A stretch of DNA of 64,000 bases from Eledone cirrhosa (Eukaryota). The translations under genes were made by a program, and so were the position numbers. Under the pieces are notes generated by a model that was not told the origin of the DNA, did no database searches, and saw only the letters and a list, made by a program, of their open reading frames with translations. This document shows, one piece after another, positions 55,018-64,000 of the stretch; position 1 is the stretch's first letter; each line of letters begins with the position of its first letter. The stretch is taken from assembly GCA_964016885.1 (NCBI GenBank), contig OZ024740.1, positions 378,944,001 through 379,008,000 of the forward strand, written 5' to 3'.

Positions 55018-55408
55018 TTAACACCGGCCAGAGTTACCTCCCTTGACCTGCTGCAAAATCAAAACAACCTATTTTTGCGAGCAATGAACCTTGACGTAGA
55101 TTTAACCCCAAAACTCTTTCCGAGCAATGTAAGGAACACTTTTGATTATTTATGCCCTTGAGAAGCCCAACCGGGCGAAACGTACGTAGGTGCTGTTTTA
55201 AATAAACATGTTTTAACGGTCTATTCTCCGATTTCTTACTTTCCCACGTGCTTACGCTCTGCTAATTCTCTAGCCCACTAAATATTAACACTTCGAATAT
55301 TTAATACTGCCGGCACTAGTATCGAGCACCTTTGGCATACGCTACTTGGCAAATAACTATATGTATCACCTATCCTCCCCTTTTTTTCTCTCTCTCGATA
55401 CGTAAATA

Positions 55409-55411
<3 letters not shown>
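55016..55411 (+). mobile_element. ~400-bp (TA)n-flanked PLE-terminus-like element (family HH-B)
   Basis: (TA)n on both sides, with a hammerhead motif followed by AATAAA at 55201. Confidence 0.6.
55154..55193 (+). ncRNA. Minimal type I hammerhead, U3:A8 variant (HH-B)
   Basis: GCCC-TTGAGAA-GCCC AACC GGGC-GAAA-CGTACG-TA^GGTGC: perfect 4-bp stem II, palindromic stem III ACGTACGT, weak (bulged) stem I. Confidence 0.62.
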
Positions 55412-55451
<40 letters not shown>

Positions 55452-55527
55452 AATGTAAGTATGTATGTATGTATTTAAGTAAGTGCCGTACTAAGAGTGA
55501 GAAATGAAATTTCGTTTCATTCTATTC

Positions 55528-55663
<136 letters not shown>

Positions 55664-56291
55664 ATATTTAGAGTGGTCATTCTTAATCTTCCTTCTAAGA
55701 GAGGACACCGAAAGATGTTGGTTACACTCCCCATTTTCTACTAATGAGCAGTTCCAATCTAAACAGCACTATGTATTTTGCTAAAAACTTCCGATCACTT
55801 CTCATATTGGAATTATTTTTTTTATTGGTTGTTTTAGATTTTAAACACTCCAGAGAGACCATTTGTTCACTAATTGTTTGAATTTCGGTTGGTGTGAAAG
55901 TTAAAAGTCACTGTACTATATATGTGAGACCCTACCGTAGTATGGAAAGCACTCCATTGAAGGTATTTTTTGCTTCGATCATATTGTTGATTTTTATCCT
56001 ATTACTGTTTTATAACTGCAGCTTTTCTGCGACAACTGTCGACATTAACAGGAAGAAAAAAACTAATTATAAGTTGACTCTTGTATGATATTCAAAATCA
56101 TTATATAACCCAAACTTTGAACTTTAATAAAATATGCGAAACAGATGAAATAAATTTAACGTTTAATTAATCCAGACAACTTTCCTTAAGACTAATCGAT
56201 TTTAGTTTTCGCCACTATTTCTGTTTCTATGCAATACATTATTTAAATATAGTAAAATCTCACGAAAAATTTATCATGTTAGTGCAGGCAG

Positions 56292-56354
<63 letters not shown>

Positions 56355-56397
56355 GACGTAAATAAGAAAGTTATGAAAATTGACTTACTAAAATTTC

Positions 56398-56478
56398 ACT
56401 CCAACTAATTAGTTTCCGTAAGGGGATAAATATGATTACGGAGCGTATCCACAGAGAAGCCTTACGTCATCAGGGAGT
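56398..56478 (-). ncRNA. Type I hammerhead ribozyme with a long stem II loop (HH-D)
   Basis: Minus strand reads ACTCC-CTGATGA-CGTAAGG[36 nt]CCTTACG-GAAA-CTAATTAG-TT^GGAGT: 5-bp stem I, 7-bp stem II, palindromic stem III, GUU site. Confidence 0.8.
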
Positions 56479-56738
56479 CTATTCTCAGCAAAACTTGCCG
56501 AAATTACTACTATGATTAATAGTAGTGGCTAAGCCCTGTCTTAATAGCACCCCCACTCCCCACTGATTAACCTCAGTGTCACGTGATTGATTCTTTTGAA
56601 TTTGCCACTTGACCAAGTAGGCAGTGAATTTTTCAATGTCTTGGAATCTAGTCCCCGCTCGCTTTTTTCCATCCACTGAATTATTTTAATATAAGTTCCC
56701 AGTGTCCTCGCATTGCCTGGAAGCTTAGCTGAGAATAG

Positions 56739-56819
56739 ACTCCCTGATGACGTAAGGCTTCTCTGTGGATACGCTCCGTAACCATATTTATCCCCTTACA
56801 GAAACTAATTAGTTGGAGT
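56739..56819 (+). ncRNA. Type I hammerhead ribozyme with a long stem II loop (HH-D)
   Basis: Same motif on the plus strand, with one mismatch at the base of stem II (CCTTACA). Predicted cleavage after 56814. Confidence 0.75.
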
Positions 56820-56995
56820 GAAATTTTAGTAAGTTAAGTCAATTTTCATAACTTTCTTATTTACGTCTTTCATATAATTGTTCTGCATCCCCTTGCATAG
56901 AACCACAATGTTACTAAGACAAAACATATATATTTGCTAACATAGGTATGCCTCTGTATACATATGTTGGTAGATATACTAATTCTTTATATATA

Positions 56996-57031
<36 letters not shown>

Positions 57032-58481
57032 TGTATGTATGTATGTATGTATGTATGTATGTATATACACTCATACACGCATACACATGTACTCACACCC
57101 ACACATGTATCGCCGCACATATTGTAAAAGCTCCTAAATCTATTATCAAACTTTTCATATTAATGACTTTAGGCTTCAGTTTTTTTTTTGACAGCTTTAT
57201 TATTATGACAAGACAATTAATTAGAGAGATAAAGGTTTAAATTTAATAATGAGGAGCATTAGATCGTCGAATAATTGGCGTTGAACGAAGGAAATTGGTT
57301 TCAAATAGGTAAACTAGCACACAAACTCAGCACTGTCGAAATTTTCCTATTTCAATTGTATAACGGAGTAAAACACACACATAGACAAAAGCACGCGCAC
57401 ACACATGTACACAAACACACACACACACACAACACACACATATATATATATATGTATGTCAGCAAAGCGTGAGAGCGAAAATATCTAAGGGGAGCACTCT
57501 GCAAAATGTCTATGCATATAAATAGAGTTTCACATTCTTAATTTGGAGGATGGGTGAGAAACTCATAATATCTTCTCAGTGAAGCATATACACTTTGCAA
57601 GTTTCTGTGACTAAAGATGGTCTAATAAAGATATAGAAAAGTAGAAAGAAATAATGCGCTGATTATGTTGTTTTAAAAAGCTTACATCAGCGAAGTCTAT
57701 AGGATTTATTTTCCTTGCTTGCTTCCATGACCTAATATCCCTAAAGGGTCTTTATTTCTATCTCCTACTCCTATATCTTTATCGGGGCTTCTTTAGTCAA
57801 CTTGTAATGTGCATATCATTCGCTGAGATCTAACAGCATGTCTCTTGTTTTCAAAAAGTTGGCTTATCTGTTAGACACGCAGTGACTAACTACAGAATGT
57901 TTTAAGTCTGTATATCTTATGCGTAGCTTGTGAATACAAAATTCAAGGGGTTTCGCTGGCCGTGGTGAATTTATAATATAGAATTCGGTTTAAGTGCATT
58001 TCGTATTAATCATTACTAAACATCTAATATGAGATATTGAACATTAGCTTAAATAATTATCGTGTCGTCTTGAGTTCGTTATGAGTCTCTTTTTTATAAA
58101 AGGATGCCACAGAGTGTACGATAGATAATGATTACAATATTTTTGAGCAACAACTCTAGTCCCACACTTTTGAAGGTTTATTATAACATTCTGTCGCTCT
58201 TTTGAGCTTGCGCATTTTTCAGGTCTAGTAAACAATGTCCACTCTAAAGCTTAACTCAGCCAAGGCTGCAGGACTTATCTTCCTTTCCTGCTTCCAAGAC
58301 CGAGCGCCCTTAAAAGTAGTTTCGGTCTTGACAATGTAAAGATAGTCTCTGATGAATTGAGTTTTTCCTCCACTCGTCATATTCAGAAGGCGTGACTACA
58401 TTTGTATATATGTAGATAGCCATGTATGCACACACGCACATACACATATATATATGTATATATATTTTAATATAGATGAGA

Positions 58482-58526
58482 TTCTACAGGACTAGAACTG
58501 TTTCATTCTTTAGAAATCATCAGGAA
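58482..58526 (-). ncRNA. Type I hammerhead ribozyme (HH-C second copy, shortened stem I)
   Basis: Identical to the 44.5-kb copy over ~60 bp. Stem I is reduced to TTC/GAA. Confidence 0.7.
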
Positions 58527-58532
58527 ATTCAT

Positions 58533-58947
<415 letters not shown>

Positions 58948-60949
58948 ATTGTCAAATTTTATGACTTACGTAAAAACATTTATATGGGTCCGAAAACTCT
59001 ATGGACGTTTTCTCAATATCCTGTTCTTAGGTCATATTTTTCCACGAGGTAAATTTAACGAAATCATATGAAACATGAAATAGAATTTTCTATTGAATAT
59101 TGAATATACTTGTAATGTATAAATTAATATTACAGTTGAATATTACAGTACACATTCTAATCAGTATAATGAAGTTATTCATACAACCGTTATAAAACAA
59201 TTTCGTTATTATGATCAGTAGCTAAAAAACATAAAATACAGGAAATTAATAATGGAGTAAGTTACTTGCAGCATTGTAATAAATGAATTTTGTCAAAATA
59301 CAAATCACATTAAACCTCTCGTGACTTCATACAATTGACGTCATCTGTTCTGTGCGTGCGCACACACTTGCGCATATATGCTTATTGATTTGTTGGGTTA
59401 GTTTCTATTAATCATGAAATGATATCGGAATCTCTAAAGATTTTGTCTTGACACATGCTGTTTCTTTTCACTACCCCTTCAAACGATGCTACAACGATCA
59501 GCCATGAAATGCTTGCTTATTTAATTCAGGCACCTCTGACACATTTGTCACTTCTCGTCCCAGATGCTGCATCAAACACGGTTCTCAGTAGTTTTCCCTC
59601 AGAACTGCGACAGTATCACCCCCCCCCCCCTACACACACACTATACATTTCCTGCACGCACCAACCTATAATTGTCCTCACTGAAACTCAACTACATCAT
59701 TCTGGGAGGCTTTACAATAATTTTGACTAATAAGTAAACGCCAGTGTAGTAGAAACATCATTCTCTAAGCTATACTCACGCACAAAGTTGAATTCAGCAG
59801 GTGAGGCTAAGGGAGTACTTGTGAACTTTACAGTACTACATATGAATGTACAAGAGTGACCTTTATGTCGTTTTAGTACCAATATATATTTTGCAGGACT
59901 GAGACGTATATTGCTACTTGACACGAATCCAAATAAATAGTACTTTTCAGTTTCAATGTAGGCAGACGAAATACTTGTCTTTCAGTATTCACACCATATC
60001 TGCATATACATACAAAATTGGAGTATCCAGCAACACAGGTTTCAAGGAAACAAACATACGTATAGAAATATGCTAATAATTCCTGACAGTTAGACCAATA
60101 AAAGTATATTCGATATATTTTATGACCAGTTGCACATCAAAACGACAGCCACTGGTTTGAATGCACAATCCATGAAATGTTAATATAAAATGTAATAAAA
60201 TGTTGGCATAAATCGCGAATAAATGGAAGTGAGAAAATTAGAATAAGTCAGAATATCTATTGGAAACAATTTTTCAGGCGTTTATTGTTCCAATAAAAGT
60301 TCAAAAATTACATAACCAAAACAGAACATCGCGACAAAGGGAATAAAAGATAATTTAGAAGCTTATCGGTGTAGTAAAATGGTGGAATCTGAAATATAAC
60401 GATACAATTCCTGTCGCAACAAAGTTTGATCCGTTGTTTACTTTGACATGTCAGCGTTCAGTGGATATATTTGAGTGCGGTTAAATTATAGTGTTCATTA
60501 ATTTCACAGTGATAGGAAAACATTCAAGTTAGCTACAATCACAGAAGAATTATGAAAGACAAAATATAAAAACCAAAATAAATGCAACAAAATAATAATG
60601 GTTGACATGAGTTCAGTTATTTTAAGTGTGGGAACACTCAGTTCAATCTGGAACATATTATGAGATAAAAGGCAAGGTAAACCTTGGTGGAATTTGAACA
60701 TAGATCAGAGAGAAGTATAACTAAATACATATAGGTATTTTGTACGACACTCTTATGATTCTGTCACAAATTGCGATAGCAGTAATTATGATAATAACTC
60801 TTTTTCTCACTAAGCACAAGTCTTCATTGTGTTGAGAATATAATTGATCCTAGCATACAACTTGTACTTAGTCAATCAAAGCTAGAGTGATGAAAGTTTA
60901 AACCAATAGGATTTGAACTGACTACCTAATGTTCTGCCTTAACGATTTA

Positions 60950-61950
60950 TGAAATTGCTGACTCGTCTTAGTGATGATAGGAGCTGGGCCTAATAATTTC
61001 AGTGGTAACAGATCTTTGAACATGAAGAATATTTTCGTAATTCTTCCCACATCTTGAACGCATTCCATTGATGTCTGTAGCAAGTCTGTAGAGGTTATTT
61101 TGTACCTAACACACCCCATGCTATAGTAGCTCTCTGCCAAGAACCTGTGGACATTTTCCATAATCCTGGACTTGAAATGTTTCCGATAAAAGTTAGTAAT
61201 ACACAAACGAAGGAACGGAGGAATTCTCTGCTTTCGTTAAATGTTCAACTCATTTCTGAGAGAGATTAGTCCTTATTCCCCAGTGGTCTAGACGAAATCA
61301 CGATCACTTAGGCAGGAAACGGATCAGTCACTAATAATAGCCAAGATGGACTTGCTTCCCAAGATATTTAGTTGCAAACCTACCGACTTCTTGTTAATTC
61401 TTGCATCTATTGCTATTTAAAATTATCTCGAAATTCTGGCACCATTAACTTGACAGCATTAACCTGATACCACCTGCTTGTGAAGATAGCACCACATTAT
61501 TTTCCATTTCTATTGGGAGACAAAAGCATACAGAATTACTAATGGACTGAACACAGGATGATAAAACGCCACTGAATATCATTGCCAACGAAATGTAGGA
61601 TAAGATATTTTACCGACCACATCTGTAGCATTAATGAATCATTTTAATTTTTACATAGAAACGACACTGTGAACTGATATTCAAAAAGGAAACGAAATTG
61701 CATAGCGTTATTGCTTTTCTTAATAACACAAATGGCATAAAGAAGTCTTATGCTGACAATCACGAAGCGTCCTGTTCGAAAGGTTAGACTTCTGCTTTTC
61801 CTTGCGGCAAATTAATTTATTCAATTTTGGGAACTGTTAGTATGTGTTAGGATTCTCCAACGCAGACAATCAGTAATTTCTCGGATACTACTGTTACACC
61901 AACAAACATGATTTGAAGATGGAGAAAGCAGTGAAGGAAATAAATAATTT
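60950..61950 (-). pseudogene. Possible very old BEL/Pao LTR-retrotransposon integrase remnant
   Basis: Weak collinear peptides across frames (NLPQGKAEV*PF, GNDIQWRFI, LAESYY..LQ..RHQW..KDLLP) are reminiscent of Pao integrase and its C-terminal domain. Heavily degraded. Confidence 0.25.
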
Positions 61951-62532
61951 ACTCATATAGCCTGGTCTTTGTTTTCATCTAAAAGAAATATTCTAAGTGT
62001 TTACGGTTGTTTTAAAGATGTATCGAAACCTGTTGTGTTAATCAATAACGTCTTGTATACAATTATCTACGTCAAAGAGAAAACTATTACTCACACTTAA
62101 CTACTGTGTATTAACGTATGTGTTTACTCGTATGTAATAAACACCTACTTTTAACGGCCATCTGTGAAATACCCCAGTAAAGTATTGATCGTTCTCCTTG
62201 TAGAAACTCAATTAAAAACTTATTACATGAAAGGTTAAACATGATCCCTAACGGTAATATTCAATTATTCAAAATATTTAAAGAATTGATTGCAGCAATA
62301 AATGAATTATCTGATACTTATCATACTTAATGTATCAGTCATAATTTGTTTTAATTGTAATAATCTCACCAAAATAACGTTATCGATAATATAATTCAGC
62401 GAATAGGAAGAATCGCAAACGATAAGGTGCTGGATAAATAGTTGTTTTATATTTCTGTAAATGATACATCAATGCTGGGAACGATTAAAACTTTCACCTC
62501 TCCAATACCAATAAAGTAAGTAATAGTAATAT

Positions 62533-62697
62533 AATTGTTTCTACTTTTGGCACAAGGCCAGCAATTACCCAGTGTATTACTGGTACTTTATTTATCGACC
62601 CTGTAAGGATGAAAGGCAAAGTTAACCTCGGCGGGATTTGAACTCAGACCATAAAGGGCCGTAACTCTTTGCTGCAAAGCATGGCGTCCGACCCTCT
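62533..62697 (-). mobile_element. tRNA-derived SINE S1
   Basis: Close match to the 38162-38350 and 41811-42000 copies. Confidence 0.88.
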
Positions 62698-64000
62698 GGT
62701 TTCTAATTTGCGGTCAAATTATATAACGATGAAACTTACGTATTTGCGACAAAACATCTCTACAACACTCCTTATCTCTCAGACAGTCATAGACGATTTG
62801 GTGCAAACAATGTTTTCAGCTGTTACTTTGCTAGAGGCTCAAAGTTAATTTCTTCTCCATCTCGTTGTTGTTTTTGATAACCTGCGAAACCCAGCTATTT
62901 TCTCGACGTTCCGGCAAGACGCAATTGTGCTAAAATCATTTTTGTTTTGTTTTGAGAACACTTCAATTAACATTTTAAAAACATAACCCCTATTACTAAA
63001 TTTTCTTCAAATGTAGCTTTAAACATTCGACGAGTCGAGTTTGTATTCTTGATTGATTTTCATGTTGACGCTATATGTTTTAACGTTCATCACTAATATG
63101 ACTGATTTCACTTTTCCTGTAAAATTGTGTCCCAATATATGAAAATAATATAGGCTTATTTATTGCGTTTTAAAATGCCCCTTTCTTATGGAGTACATAA
63201 ACAATCAATAAATAGGGAGCCTCGGCAAAATCACTGGACCTATTAAAAATAATAGACAAATCTTTGTAAAATATAATAAAAATGCAAGGACGTACTGGAT
63301 AAAGTAATCTTAAATAGACCAATCCTAAAAGAACAGGATGGGCACGACTGGAATGTATTTGCGCATAGTTCTGTGTGATCATGGTTAATCTGAAGCTAAG
63401 CAACAAAACATTATGACAAAAAACTTTAGATGTTCATGCTTAAAAATACAACAAAACATCAACTGCAATGTAAAAGGCAAATAAAGATATTGTTGAAGAT
63501 GATGGTGGCTTCCTCATTAATAGGGTGGTGGTGGTGAAACAGTTGAATGAATTGGTTAATAGAGCTTGAGTACAATTTCCCAGAAAGAATTTCACAAAGT
63601 TATTGGTTCCTAAATTTTATTCTCTGTACACCATCTTACATACTTTTTATATTTGTGTAAGAAATTGGTGTCCAATATTGAAAGAATGTTACTTGGAATA
63701 GATTGTCATCTTATTCAATGGTAAATTTATCTCATCATCCTCTCTATGCTTTGAAATCAGAGTTAATCATCGATTCTTATGAACCCCACGGACCTTTAGA
63801 AACATTTACAGTATTTTCAAGTGAAACAAAGAGTCTGAATCGCGTTCAGACGACAAAGTGCACGCACATAAATCTTAAAATACAAAATCAATATTGTAAA
63901 TAAAGAAAATGAAATCAGTCGAGATGGGTTTACACTGTGGCAAAATGTTCATGTGACTAGAAAAAAACAAATGTTTTATGGTATAGTTTTGAGTATTAGA

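Larger units (their letters stand above)
56347..56875. mobile_element. Fold-back element (family HH-D) with ~145-bp inverted arms next to (TA)n
   Basis: 56347-56489 is the reverse complement of 56728-56875, around a ~240-bp spacer. Confidence 0.85.

Noticed and set aside
57675-58320. Two diverged ~75-bp copies encoding RSWKQ.RKI.P on the minus strand
   Set aside because: Too short, with nearby stops and no assignable family. Probably an old local duplication.

Overview
AT-rich, microsatellite-dense eukaryotic DNA with no recognisable host protein-coding exon. The SINE and repeat content resembles octopus/cephalopod DNA; this is an inference. Most of the ORF track is translated simple repeats. 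The window is a mosaic of transposon relics: a Penelope-like RT fragment (4.9-5.9 kb), an RTE fragment (10.3-10.8 kb), a 7.4-kb hAT/Buster element with TIRs and an ATTTACAT target-site duplication (15035-22462) carrying nested insertions, a 3.1-kb 21-bp minisatellite, Tx1/L1-clade LINEs, a non-autonomous Helitron, a near-full-length R4/Dong-type RLE LINE inside (CATA)n, a tandem array of bipartite RTE-derived elements and many tRNA-derived SINEs. The most notable signal is a set of short (TA)n-embedded, often fold-back elements carrying type I hammerhead ribozyme motifs, found by eye. There are 8 complete motifs in 4 unrelated families. Two families have the uncommon U3:A8 core (UUGANAA). There are also half-hammerheads whose fold-back apex lies on stem II, and one copy that starts exactly at the predicted cleavage site. 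All folds and homologies were read manually. Boundaries of degenerate elements are approximate.
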